From IMG/VR virus record IMGVR_UViG_3300014205_009008: DNA of 64,000 nucleotides. The stretch is one strand, 5' to 3'. A model generated the notes under the pieces. The model was not told the DNA's origin and did not search any database. It was given only the letters and a program-made list of their open reading frames with translations. Position 1 is the first letter of the stretch. The number at the start of each line of letters is the position of its first letter. Both the position numbers and the translations under genes were made by a program. Shown one piece after another: positions 41,493-51,958 of the stretch. Source of the DNA: an uncultured virus (IMG/VR IMGVR_UViG_3300014205_009008) (taxonomy: Duplodnaviria; Heunggongvirae; Uroviricota; Caudoviricetes).

Positions 41493-42425
41493 ATGCAAAG
41501 CAAACAAGCATCCGAACTCATTGAGCGCCACAAAACGCACCCAGCCTCGTACGCTATAGACATGGTCTGGCGACACATCAGGCAATGGTTTGTATACGCG
41601 GTTGCTACAGATTCCCCGCACCTCCTAACTTACTACATCCAGAGAGCCAAGGCCGTGCACAATCTAACCCCAGATGACATTATAAGCCACGGCATATCAA
41701 CCTATGACGTACATGTCCCCATGGGCATAGCTATGCAATACGAGATAGAAAAGATGCAGTTCTCGCTCTGGGACATCGCGTGCATACATGGAAGTGAACG
41801 AGTCATACCACAACTCAAACAATGGTTTCCAATCAGCCGACTGGCAGACACATCCAAACAGAACAAACGGACAGTCTGGATGCTTGACACCCAGCAATAC
41901 AAGATGCTTTCATTCAGTGAGATACTATGGTGGATGAATGCCAACAGCAACCCTAGCATTCAACAGGATAAAGTCGCCGCTATTGTAACCTCTATTGTAG
42001 TAAATGAGCACCACAAGAACGGCACTCTACCTACAGACGCTATCACAAGTTTTATCATGAGTTCAAGATGTGGAAGCTTTCTCGATGCCCTTGAAGTAGA
42101 AATGCTAAATTGGAAGCAGATAATACCATTCCCAAAGTTTGTATTGGCACGAGATCCAGATACTATAGCCAATTACCTCTGCTGCGCCGAACGTTATGGC
42201 AGAAGCGAAGTAATCCACGTACTACTCGCTGTTGCTCGCTGGAGACCTGATAACCTAGAAACCACTGCTCATGCGTTGGTACGCAATAACATCAACCCCT
42301 CCGACTTCAAAGGAAATATGCAAAGCCAGACAGTTATAGAGCTACAGAGGCTTGTGGACATGATTAAATTAGCCAACCAAAAATTGTGCCCAGCAGAGGC
42401 ACCCACAGAAATGAGTCTATTCTAA
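41493..42425 (+). CDS. Hypothetical protein ending in EMSLF
   Basis: Long ORF whose tail resembles that of the ankyrin family. Confidence 0.55.
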   Translation: MQSKQASELIERHKTHPASYAIDMVWRHIRQWFVYAVATDSPHLLTYYIQRAKAVHNLTPDDIISHGISTYDVHVPMGIAMQYEIEKMQFSLWDIACIHGSERVIPQLKQWFPISRLADTSKQNKRTVWMLDTQQYKMLSFSEILWWMNANSNPSIQQDKVAAIVTSIVVNEHHKNGTLPTDAITSFIMSSRCGSFLDALEVEMLNWKQIIPFPKFVLARDPDTIANYLCCAERYGRSEVIHVLLAVARWRPDNLETTAHALVRNNINPSDFKGNMQSQTVIELQRLVDMIKLANQKLCPAEAPTEMSLF

Positions 42426-42426
42426 T

Positions 42427-42738
42427 ATGCAAAAGCTTTACGAGATCATCATCCCCACAAGGTATCCAAATGACAAAAAGATACCAACCAAAGATCACAA
42501 GGAATGGGACCGCTTAGTTCAAAAGATCTCAGGCGGCTTAACAGTCATGGCAGCAAGCAAGGGCAAGTGGGTGTTCAACGCCAAGGAGTACCACGAAAAG
42601 GTCATCCCAGTCAGAGTCATGTGCGACGAGTCAAAGATAGATGAGCTCATCGATTTCACGATCGCCTACTACAAGCAGCTGGCAGTCATGTATTACGTAG
42701 TATCAGCCGAAGTTCACATCAGGCACGCCAAGCCGTAA
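42427..42738 (+). CDS. Hypothetical protein
   Basis: 103-aa ORF. Confidence 0.5.
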   Translation: MQKLYEIIIPTRYPNDKKIPTKDHKEWDRLVQKISGGLTVMAASKGKWVFNAKEYHEKVIPVRVMCDESKIDELIDFTIAYYKQLAVMYYVVSAEVHIRHAKP

Positions 42739-42749
42739 AACAAAATTCC

Positions 42750-43835
42750 ATGTCCGACATCAAACTAGGGAGCCTCCCACTAAAGCACGCAATTGTTAAC
42801 CCGCTATACATCCCAGCCAAGCTCAATACCGCCATCGAAGGCTTATCACGCAGTCAGCAACCAATACTGGATAGCGCAATAAGTGAAGTGTTAACCATGA
42901 CAAAATTAGCCCAAGACCTCTATGCTGGGCTTCCAAAAGCTGATCGGAAGCGCAAGCATCCGCTTATGGCTTGGAGATTGGACATGCCAATTGACTATAA
43001 GGATGCAGGGCACGGCAGCTTCGGACAAACACCTGATTTACGCGACTACTTCCTACTTGGTGGTAAAAACCCGGAAAAGTCCCTCAGGAGGCATTGGCCA
43101 AAAGACAGCTGGGGCCACCCAATGAAGTATGCAGGCAGTGTAAACGCTGGTATCTGGCCGCAAATATTCCACAACCTCACCAAATGGAAGACCAACCAAT
43201 GGACCACATTAAGCTACTACGGAATTGAAAGAACCCTAGAAGCCTTTGATGAGCGCGAACTCACCAATACCACTTATCACTTATGGGTAGCAGGTCAGAC
43301 AGCAAACCCAGGTACCGAGAAACAAGATTGTTTTGTATATGTACAATCTGAACGGCTGGAAGAAGAAGATACCATGAGAATACTCTCAAAAATGTATGAT
43401 GAACGCGCTGCCAAGCTAGAAGAAGCAATTCCCTATGCAAAATACCTGGAGCTCTTCAACACACTTCAGCAAGAAGCAAGCGACGCCCACAAAGAATGGT
43501 TGGTGTCATTCCCTACAGGCTTTTTGTGTAAACCAACACTCGGTATAGATGTTGAAGATGGAGACTACAGGCTGCATGACGCTTTGAGCGAACAATATCC
43601 ATTCACACAGGAATACGGAAACAGGATAACCGTATTTGGCGAACCAAGAGGTCAACAAACTCCACACCGTTGGATTGCACCAAATCCCCTACCTGCAGGA
43701 CCAAGAGCATTGGCGCCACTACTTCACTGGAAATGTCCGGATGCCGATATGGACATGCAGGTGCTGGCAGACTTACCAAGTCATGACAGGTATGCTGTTA
43801 ACCATTACTGCAAGTTGCACGGAACATGCACGTAG
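42750..43835 (+). CDS. Hypothetical protein
   Basis: 361-aa ORF. Confidence 0.55.
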   Translation: MSDIKLGSLPLKHAIVNPLYIPAKLNTAIEGLSRSQQPILDSAISEVLTMTKLAQDLYAGLPKADRKRKHPLMAWRLDMPIDYKDAGHGSFGQTPDLRDYFLLGGKNPEKSLRRHWPKDSWGHPMKYAGSVNAGIWPQIFHNLTKWKTNQWTTLSYYGIERTLEAFDERELTNTTYHLWVAGQTANPGTEKQDCFVYVQSERLEEEDTMRILSKMYDERAAKLEEAIPYAKYLELFNTLQQEASDAHKEWLVSFPTGFLCKPTLGIDVEDGDYRLHDALSEQYPFTQEYGNRITVFGEPRGQQTPHRWIAPNPLPAGPRALAPLLHWKCPDADMDMQVLADLPSHDRYAVNHYCKLHGTCT

Positions 43836-43898
43836 GCAAATCGTAAATTCACACAAAGACTCAAACAACTCAATACTCAACTCACACTATCAGAAATA

Positions 43899-46800
43899 AT
43901 GTTTACTCGTCACGCATTAGCAGCCATAAAATTAACAACACTTCTACTCGCACTAGCCAGCATACCGACCGCAAGCGCACTCTGGTCAGGCACATACAGG
44001 TTTAATAATGTGGATTTGGAGGCAGTTCCAGCCTCACCGAGCAACGCGGATAACATCATTATCAATGGTGTCTCATTCTCATGGATACCAGTAAATTCCT
44101 ACATAAACGGTGGCGGGCTGTCGTGGGCCGGTTATACCATCAAAAGGTTCTACGACTACCACAATTATAAATGGTTGTATCTTTATCAAGATTTGGGCGG
44201 GCAGCAATATGTTGGGACAGCGGTCTGGCAATCATCTTCATCGCCGACCTTTATTACTGCCTTCAACAAGAACCCAGACGCTACCAGATGCATGGGAGAT
44301 CCAATTGATACAGGGACAGGCAGGCAGTTTCAAAACATCCCACTTATCCACAACCCAGAAAACTCATTACTGGACATAAACTATTCCATTGATTTTGCAA
44401 GAAACGAGTCAACCTGTAATTTCGACCAGTATTTTATCAAAGTAGGAACTAACCTAGAATTCTACGAGGGCACACAACGCATCGCCAAATTTATTGGAGC
44501 AGGAACACAATACACACCAGATGTGGAAGCCAGTCGCACATTCAAAGGAAAAATCATAGAAACCGGAAGCGTACTCCGCTTTCTTTCTGGCGGAGAAGAA
44601 AAGCAATACACATTAACATCCGCCAAGTATATTCTAACTTCTAGAACCAAGAATGGGCAAACCATAACCAAGTCAGGTTCCAAATTTATCGACTCAGCAA
44701 CCGGAGATTGGATCAATCTTATACTGTATCCCACTCTTGGCAGCTTTAGCTCATCAGCAGGTGGTTACAGCACAGTTAACGGTAATAGCCTAAACGACGC
44801 AAGCGGAATAAATCTCAAAGCAGTACGTACTGGGGATTCGACAGTATTTAGCGTTAACAATGTCACGCTCTACACTGACATATTAGTCGGAGGCAAAGTT
44901 ACACAGCAAACAGACGCGCTTGGACACAACTCATACTTTAACTACAGCTTCGGGGCTACCCAGCTAACAACTTATACAGACCGTAGGAATAACAACTGGC
45001 TGAGCGAATTCGACAACGCAAATCTAGTTGGCAAACAATCGCCGCTAGGAAACATCATTGAGTATACATACGATAGCAATAATCGTAAAATTACCGAGAC
45101 GGACGAGAACACCCAAACCACCCAATTCGGTTACGGAACATACGGTGAAACAACCAGCATAACAGACCCAAAAGGAAATTTCGCCCTGTTCGGGTATAAT
45201 TCCGATCTTTATTTAACCAGTTATCAGGACAGAGAAGGTAACGTAACTTCGCTTACCCGCGATTCCAACAACTTAGTTACCCTAACAACCAAGCCACTCA
45301 GCCAAACCACGGCAGCCACATACAATACTAACAGACAGCCACTGACTATAACGAACGAATCTGGGAATACAACAACCCTAGGGTATACAAGTGGCAGGAA
45401 TACACTAGTCACATTCCCATCAACCAAAACAATCGGGTACGGGTATAACTCAAGCGGACTAAAGAGCACTGGAACAATAGGTGGATTCACGACGAATTAC
45501 AATACGTACGACGGGATGGGGAGGCTAACTAAGGTTACATCGCCAAGGGGAGGTATAACACAAGCAACCTACAACTTCAGGAGTCAGGTAACCAGTTCAA
45601 CGGATCCGCTCAACCAAGTAAGTTCTGTCACATACAACGGAAATGGTTACCCGACAGTCGCAACCAATCCAGACAGTTCGACTACTCAGTTTGGTTATGA
45701 TGCCGAAGATAACCAGACATCACAGACAGACGAACTAGGAAATATTAGCACAGCAACTTATGATAATGATAACAGGCTAACCGGTGAAACTGATGCTGAT
45801 GGTGTGAGTTATTCGATTGTGCTTTCGCCAACAGGAAAAGTACTACAGGTCAAAAACGATGCAGGACAAACCATCTCAACCGCCACATACGATGCAAACG
45901 ATAACCTGGCTACGATAGCAGATGCAAGTAGCAATACAACAACGCTGGCATACGACAAAGAAGACAGGGTTACAGGCATCACCAGACCAGATACAAAGCA
46001 AACAACCATCACAAGAGATGCGCTAGGCAGACCAACCACAGTCAGCCGTTTCGGCAGGGTCGCGAATACAGCCTACACCCCAACAGGCAAGGTAAGCACT
46101 ATAAGCCTAGCTTCACCAAGTGCCACACCAATAACGCTAGGTTACGACGTAGATGACGCACAAACGTCAGAAACAACCGCACTCGGAAAGGTTGTGTCAC
46201 AGCAACTTAATAGCAGATGGCTACCAAGCCAGATCAATAACAATGGGTTAGTAACAAACCTAACCTACGACGCAGATGGAAACATCGACACGGCCAGTGA
46301 TTCAGTTGGTACGATTACCTATACAACGGACCTATTAGGTAGGATTACCGGAACATCTGAGGTCAGAAGTGGGGGAACAAATACATCCAGCACAAGCTAC
46401 AATTGGAGAAACGAACCAACCAGTTACACCGATTGGAACGGTGCTACAGTCGGATATGAGTACAATGTACGAGGTGACAAAACCAAGGTAACATATCCAG
46501 GCAACAAGCAGGTAATCTATACCTACACCGCAGCATGCAGATTACAAACGGTCACCGACTGGAACAGCAATGTAACAACCTACACCTACGATGGGGAGGG
46601 CAGACTGACCACCAAGGCAAGACCTAATGGTATTACAGAATCCAGAAGTTACGATTTAAATAATAGGGTCACACAGATCAAGGAACTACAAGGTTCTACG
46701 ATCATTACCAGCCTAGACATCGAATACAACTCCATCGGTAAGATCACCAAGGAGACCTACTTCCCAGCTCCAGCAGGCACGCTGGACAGCTCAAGTAACC

Positions 46801-48233
46801 CGACCACAATATTGGAGAAGGTATATTCGTATCTGGATACAGGCGAGCTAGCAGGTGTTAGTGCGAATGGATCAGTATTCACTTATACATCTGATTCGAG
46901 AGCTAATCCAACCAACCTAGGTATCGTATCCAACCAGACTTGGTTGTCCAACTGGAGCGATACAATCACAGTAAATGGTGACAACGAGGCTACCAGCTGG
47001 AATGGTACAGCAATTACAAGAAATGCTCAAGGCACAATGCTATCTGGCCCAACTGGACTTACCAACTCTAGCGTAACCAACAAATCCTTCACAGTTAACG
47101 CTAGACAGCAGATCACGGACAATGGTAGGACATACGACTCCAGAGGCGAATTGGCGGGCCAGACCGGAATAACTTATTTGGTAGATGCTTATGGGGACAG
47201 GCTGACCAAGACAGATACTACAGGTACAAGCTATTACATATACGGAGACGGATTAGAATACGCAATTACTCCATCAGGCAACGAATACTATCATTACGAT
47301 AACAGAGGCAGCGTTACAGCTAAAACAGACGGTGCAGGCACAATAACTGGAGCTTGGGTATACGAGCCATTTGGAGTTATACTAGCCTCAACAGGCACAT
47401 CAGACTTTCTATTCTTAGGTAAGTTTGGATGTGCTACAGAATCGGATTTGGGAGTCTACAAATTGGGTGCAAGGTATTACGCTCCAAACCTACGACAATT
47501 CATGTCAATTGACAGCGTTATTGGTAGTGGTAGCGAGCCAAACAGCCTAAACAGGTATGTTTATTGCATGGGTGATCCAGTTAACTTCATTGATCCTAGT
47601 GGGCTATGTCCCAATGCGCTTACAGAATATGGTGAAATAGCAACAGGAGCATTCTTTGGAGCCATTAAAGGTAACCGAGACGGGTTAGGAGGTTTAGTAG
47701 CAGGAGCTACAGGCGGTTACTGGACAGGAGCCTTTGGCAGCGATGTTGATTCCAGCAATTATAGAATAGGCATATATGGAGGAGGAATTGCGGGAGGTGC
47801 TGTCAGTGCAGCAGGAGGAGAACTAATTGGAATAGGAGCAGTAAAATTAATCTCGTTTTTAGGGCGCGAGTCTTTAGCTATTATTAACGCTGGAAGGCTA
47901 CCATGGGCTGCGGAAGCAGGAGCCATAGGCACAGGAACATACCGCGACACGTTCTTCGCAGCAAATCCTACCCTAAAGGGACTAGTATGGGTACACCATG
48001 CAATTGAGCAACAAGTACTGAGAAAATACCCAGGTCTGTTCACAAGGGCAGAGCTAAATGCATTGTCTAACCTAAGAGGTATACCTAAGGCAATAAATAA
48101 CAAATTGCATTTAAGCACCATGCGTAAGGAATGGAATGCATTTTACAATGCCAACCCAGCCGCAACCAGAGCACAAATAGAAGCACAAGCATCAACTATT
48201 GACATTAAATACGGCACTCAATTTGCGCCCTAA
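43899..48233 (+). CDS. Rhs/YD-repeat polymorphic toxin with signal peptide and putative HNH-fold nuclease C-terminus
   Basis: GDPIDTGTG, YD repeats, ARYYAP...PVNFIDPSGL core end, Gly-rich linker and VHHAIEQ...NLRGIP...LH tip. Confidence 0.9.
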   Translation: MFTRHALAAIKLTTLLLALASIPTASALWSGTYRFNNVDLEAVPASPSNADNIIINGVSFSWIPVNSYINGGGLSWAGYTIKRFYDYHNYKWLYLYQDLGGQQYVGTAVWQSSSSPTFITAFNKNPDATRCMGDPIDTGTGRQFQNIPLIHNPENSLLDINYSIDFARNESTCNFDQYFIKVGTNLEFYEGTQRIAKFIGAGTQYTPDVEASRTFKGKIIETGSVLRFLSGGEEKQYTLTSAKYILTSRTKNGQTITKSGSKFIDSATGDWINLILYPTLGSFSSSAGGYSTVNGNSLNDASGINLKAVRTGDSTVFSVNNVTLYTDILVGGKVTQQTDALGHNSYFNYSFGATQLTTYTDRRNNNWLSEFDNANLVGKQSPLGNIIEYTYDSNNRKITETDENTQTTQFGYGTYGETTSITDPKGNFALFGYNSDLYLTSYQDREGNVTSLTRDSNNLVTLTTKPLSQTTAATYNTNRQPLTITNESGNTTTLGYTSGRNTLVTFPSTKTIGYGYNSSGLKSTGTIGGFTTNYNTYDGMGRLTKVTSPRGGITQATYNFRSQVTSSTDPLNQVSSVTYNGNGYPTVATNPDSSTTQFGYDAEDNQTSQTDELGNISTATYDNDNRLTGETDADGVSYSIVLSPTGKVLQVKNDAGQTISTATYDANDNLATIADASSNTTTLAYDKEDRVTGITRPDTKQTTITRDALGRPTTVSRFGRVANTAYTPTGKVSTISLASPSATPITLGYDVDDAQTSETTALGKVVSQQLNSRWLPSQINNNGLVTNLTYDADGNIDTASDSVGTITYTTDLLGRITGTSEVRSGGTNTSSTSYNWRNEPTSYTDWNGATVGYEYNVRGDKTKVTYPGNKQVIYTYTAACRLQTVTDWNSNVTTYTYDGEGRLTTKARPNGITESRSYDLNNRVTQIKELQGSTIITSLDIEYNSIGKITKETYFPAPAGTLDSSSNPTTILEKVYSYLDTGELAGVSANGSVFTYTSDSRANPTNLGIVSNQTWLSNWSDTITVNGDNEATSWNGTAITRNAQGTMLSGPTGLTNSSVTNKSFTVNARQQITDNGRTYDSRGELAGQTGITYLVDAYGDRLTKTDTTGTSYYIYGDGLEYAITPSGNEYYHYDNRGSVTAKTDGAGTITGAWVYEPFGVILASTGTSDFLFLGKFGCATESDLGVYKLGARYYAPNLRQFMSIDSVIGSGSEPNSLNRYVYCMGDPVNFIDPSGLCPNALTEYGEIATGAFFGAIKGNRDGLGGLVAGATGGYWTGAFGSDVDSSNYRIGIYGGGIAGGAVSAAGGELIGIGAVKLISFLGRESLAIINAGRLPWAAEAGAIGTGTYRDTFFAANPTLKGLVWVHHAIEQQVLRKYPGLFTRAELNALSNLRGIPKAINNKLHLSTMRKEWNAFYNANPAATRAQIEAQASTIDIKYGTQFAP

Positions 48234-48252
48234 AGAGTAGAATAAAAAAAAT

Positions 48253-48681
48253 ATGAATACCAAAGAATACCAAGTAAACCCATCAGTGGATGCAGAATTA
48301 GGAGAAAGCACAATTTGTTATCGGGCAACAAATAATGAATTAGTTATAGAAAAGCTGGAGTTGATGTTCCAAGATTGGTTTGGGGATTGTATTATAACAA
48401 CATGCCCAATTTTTGCATGTACAAATGAGCTAAAAACCAGCATTGAACAGTTAAGCATAGCAAATATTTCTTTCGAAGTGGTGCACAGCTACAAAAGCCT
48501 TGAATTCGAAGATATGCATCCTGAAATGATCCTTCCTACTTGGTTTTGGATGAGACTAGGAACAGACAAAGCTGATTTCTATACCAACAAGGGCCAACTA
48601 ATCGTTTCAGAAACAGGGCTAAAATTACTCAAAGCCGCCGGCCTAGAACATGCAGACATTATCCCACTACAAAGACAATAA
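48253..48681 (+). CDS. Putative cognate immunity protein
   Basis: Acidic 142-aa ORF immediately after the Rhs stop. Confidence 0.6.
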   Translation: MNTKEYQVNPSVDAELGESTICYRATNNELVIEKLELMFQDWFGDCIITTCPIFACTNELKTSIEQLSIANISFEVVHSYKSLEFEDMHPEMILPTWFWMRLGTDKADFYTNKGQLIVSETGLKLLKAAGLEHADIIPLQRQ

Positions 48682-48689
48682 TTACACCA

Positions 48690-49123
48690 ACAAGATATTA
48701 TATAGACGCCACTATAATATACGCTGGAGCGACGGCTCTATAAGCAGAAACCTAAGTCAAGCCGAGCTACTTAGTAAAATAGCGGCAATGCCAGATAACT
48801 GCATTTTGGATATGGCCATTTTTGGTCACGGCAACGTTAACATACAAACAACAAGTTTTTACACAAAAGAAGGGTCAGACGGACTGAAAGTGAGCGACGG
48901 GCACGTAGTATTCTACACCGCAGGGCAACGACTACACCGTCACCAAGTAACATTTACGAGTATATTAGGCAAGAAACTCGCGCCAGGAGCCACAATAGGC
49001 TTATATGGCTGCTATACTGGAACAAAAGGAGGAATCGCAGAGCAACTAAACAAAGATACAAAAAAGGAACCACTATCGGCGCAGATGGGTGGACTGGACC
49101 CTCTAGTAATAATCTTTGGGTAA
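48690..49123 (+). pseudogene. Orphan Rhs C-terminal fragment (DUF4347/caspase-like GHG...GC)
   Basis: IFGHGN...IGLYGCYTG with no convincing start. Confidence 0.4.
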
Positions 49124-49257
49124 CCTATAACAAAACTAAACTAAACGTCTTATTCTGCTGTGGAAGTCTAGCATTAGCAGCAGCATTAACTGCCGCTCTA
49201 TATTCACCAATTGGAGGAATAGGGGATAGTGTAAGCCAATACCCACTAAATCTAGGT

Positions 49258-49608
49258 ATGCGTTGCTGTGCATGGATTCTGCTGACAATAGCAACTGCCA
49301 CTAAAAATACTAGCCAGCTGTACCTTTTTCTCCCTATTCTAGGAAACATAATTGCAGTTGTCCTTGGATCCAAGGCTAAGAACAATTTAAATGGTAAAAT
49401 AACAATAAGCATAGCCAGCATTATATATCTACTAGGGTTATTTCTAATATCTTGGGCCGGATTCCCAATTGTAACACTAGAAAGCGCAATAAACATAGGA
49501 CTAGTAATAATACTGCTCCCTATTGCCATATGGCGCCAAAATTTAGTTGCTATAGTTAACATAATTACTTTTGCACTACTGTTTGCGTGGCTGTTTGCCT
49601 CGCACTAA
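49258..49608 (+). CDS. Small multi-pass membrane protein, possible orphan immunity remnant
   Basis: Hydrophobic; the frame stays open upstream without a start codon. Confidence 0.35.
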   Translation: MRCCAWILLTIATATKNTSQLYLFLPILGNIIAVVLGSKAKNNLNGKITISIASIIYLLGLFLISWAGFPIVTLESAINIGLVIILLPIAIWRQNLVAIVNIITFALLFAWLFASH

Positions 49609-49750
49609 CGCAAGTCAAAAAAAACCCAACTTTACTTCAATGGAGTACCACAACACTCTGATACTATGATAGTTTACGATTCAAACGAGGAAAGAACCTT
49701 GCAAAAGGGTGAAAACTCTACACAGGCACTTGGTTAAAAACATAAAATCT

Positions 49751-50305
49751 ATGGGTTATTCAATCTACGCAAAGCTACCATCTGATATTGGGCCAAAAGT
49801 ATTCGAAGCACTCGAAAAAGAATTCAAACTGGGATCAACAGTATTTGACCCAGATCTATTGGATGCATCAAGGGAGATTTCCAAAGATGATGGTCTTGCT
49901 TATGTCGAAAACAAGCACCTAAACAGCAAAAATACCCTCATTGGCTTCAACTACTCATGTCCGATGACACCGATAAGAGAGTATCTGACATCTGTGGTCA
50001 CAATGCTTGCACGCCTGTATCCAGAAAAACAACCCAAGTTCTATTATGATGGAGAACCAGTATTTATCTACGATTCCAGAGAGGAAGGCAGGAAAAGTGG
50101 CAAGAGTGAATGGATCGCCTGCGATAAACTGGGGGTAACCATTCCACCTGATAAACCCAAACTCTCCGCAGGAATACCAGGAATACTAACCAGGTTATAC
50201 TCCATAAAACCAAAGGATCAAGAGAAAATCGAAGCAGAGATTGGCAGACTGGCTGGCATCCTCAAGGAACTTTCTGCAGATCAACCAAACGAACCGACCA
50301 TATAA
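49751..50305 (+). CDS. Hypothetical protein
   Basis: Start inferred after AAACATAAAATCT. Confidence 0.5.
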   Translation: MGYSIYAKLPSDIGPKVFEALEKEFKLGSTVFDPDLLDASREISKDDGLAYVENKHLNSKNTLIGFNYSCPMTPIREYLTSVVTMLARLYPEKQPKFYYDGEPVFIYDSREEGRKSGKSEWIACDKLGVTIPPDKPKLSAGIPGILTRLYSIKPKDQEKIEAEIGRLAGILKELSADQPNEPTI

Positions 50306-51018
50306 TGAGCGCATCGCCCAACGTAAACACCGCCATCACCAACGCGCAGACAATAATCGGTGCCAGACATACAAAGACTCCACGAGTCACCGTACCACAC
50401 CGGATAATCCTGAAATCCACAGGTACATTTATCACCACTGAAAGTGGCAAGACTGTGTGGAAAACAAAAGGCCACGCCCAAGCCGCACTGCGAAACGACC
50501 TGGACCACATATTCAGATATGATATGAAGCACACCAAACTTACCTACGCGGAAGTCAAGGAAGCCACGCAGGAATTCATTGACACCATGATTGAGTTCGT
50601 TCCATATACACCAAACATCGCATGACACTCTCCGATTTTCTCCTCATAGCACGTAATGCTTATGCCTTGGACATCTGGCCAGATAGTCCAGATGGTTCCA
50701 TCTGGAAGTTGAAGGACGGAATTAGAATGGGCATCACCGTCAAAGGAATCCCAACTAGCTACGATCAGAATACTCCAGGCGAAGCAATCAATAACGCCTC
50801 AAAATTCTCCATCCATAATGGTTGTTGTGGAAACACCCTTACGGTATTGGCCGAAGACCCAGTCAAACAAACAGCGCCCAATAGCTTCACGGTTATCCAT
50901 ACATCGTTAGCTAAAATCCCAACCGGAGAAACGGACGATGAAGGCTACGAAATTACCAAGGATGGGCCGCCAGTCAAATCCTACGTAAAAGTGCAGTTAC
51001 TTTCCCAAACATAAAAGC

Positions 51019-51928
51019 ATGGGATTAAACAGTTGAAGGAATAGTTGTACAAACTTGTGCATTTTGGTTTGTTTGAGTGACTACGCATCCCGTAAAACGC
51101 GCTACAGTATTCAGTTAAAATCTCGTTCATATTTTTTCCGCACAGTATTTGCTCTTTTGTTCTAAATGGTGATTCTTCTAGGATTGTTATCTTCACCTGC
51201 ATTGCCTGACATAGCTGTTCAATAATTTCATAGCCAAATCGTAGCAACCTGTCTTTGTGCATTAGTACAATGTGCCTTACATTGCCTGATAATACTTGTG
51301 CAATTAATGCGGCAAGGAAAGGCCTATGGAGTTTACTTATTTGAATTGGGCAGGATGAAGGAATTAGTGGATAAAAATACCGCAAGAACTGCGGGAATAT
51401 ACGCCAGTGGAGACGAAGGTCACGCGCCAGACAAGAGGTCCGGTGAAAAACCATGCGCCGTAGAAACTGGAACCAAATTAGTTGTTAGTAACGGACTGGG
51501 TTGTGACCATGCACAACTTTGAACAGTCTTTGGAGTTCGGAGCCTCATATTACGCAAAAATAGTGGGATTTTTACTTGCTACAGAACAGAAGTACACAAC
51601 CGTCACAAAGTACAACGAGAACACCGGCAAACCGCACGGGAAAGAGAAAGAGGACTACCTAGAAGTAAGTATTCAAGACAAAAAAATGAGCAGAGAGGTA
51701 TCGGAGGAAATCATCGACTCCGACTATGAATACGACGGACTAATAGGCTACCAGACAACCGACCAGCAAGAAACCGTACTAGGGTTGGCACTCGTCGAAA
51801 GTGAAGATCACAACTACGGACAGGAGCCCCAAGAATTCGAGCCTGCAGTCCCCTCAGAAGTCAAAGACTTTGCAGCCAAGCATGGACTCACACCAAAGTT
51901 CTACCTAGTCAGTTACTGTAGTTACTAA
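51019..51928 (+). pseudogene. Hypothetical gene (MGASYYAKIVG...) interrupted at codon 2 by the IS607 derivative
   Basis: AAACATAAAAGC-ATG at 51019 rejoins in frame with 51541 onward. Confidence 0.7.
51024..51540. mobile_element. Internally deleted IS607-family element (tnpA fragment on minus strand, tnpB 3' end/omegaRNA-like on plus strand)
   Basis: Minus strand gives HKDRLLRFGYEIIEQLC...FYGMRSH. Plus strand gives TARTAGIYASGD...ETGTK. Removing it restores ATG GG|A GCC TCA. Confidence 0.8.
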
Positions 51929-51958
51929 GGAAGGGTTTTCAGCAGTGTGCGAATTAGT

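Noticed and set aside
51024..51540. IStron (group I intron plus IS607)
   Set aside because: The interior is accounted for by tnpA and tnpB remnants; no group I core was recognisable.
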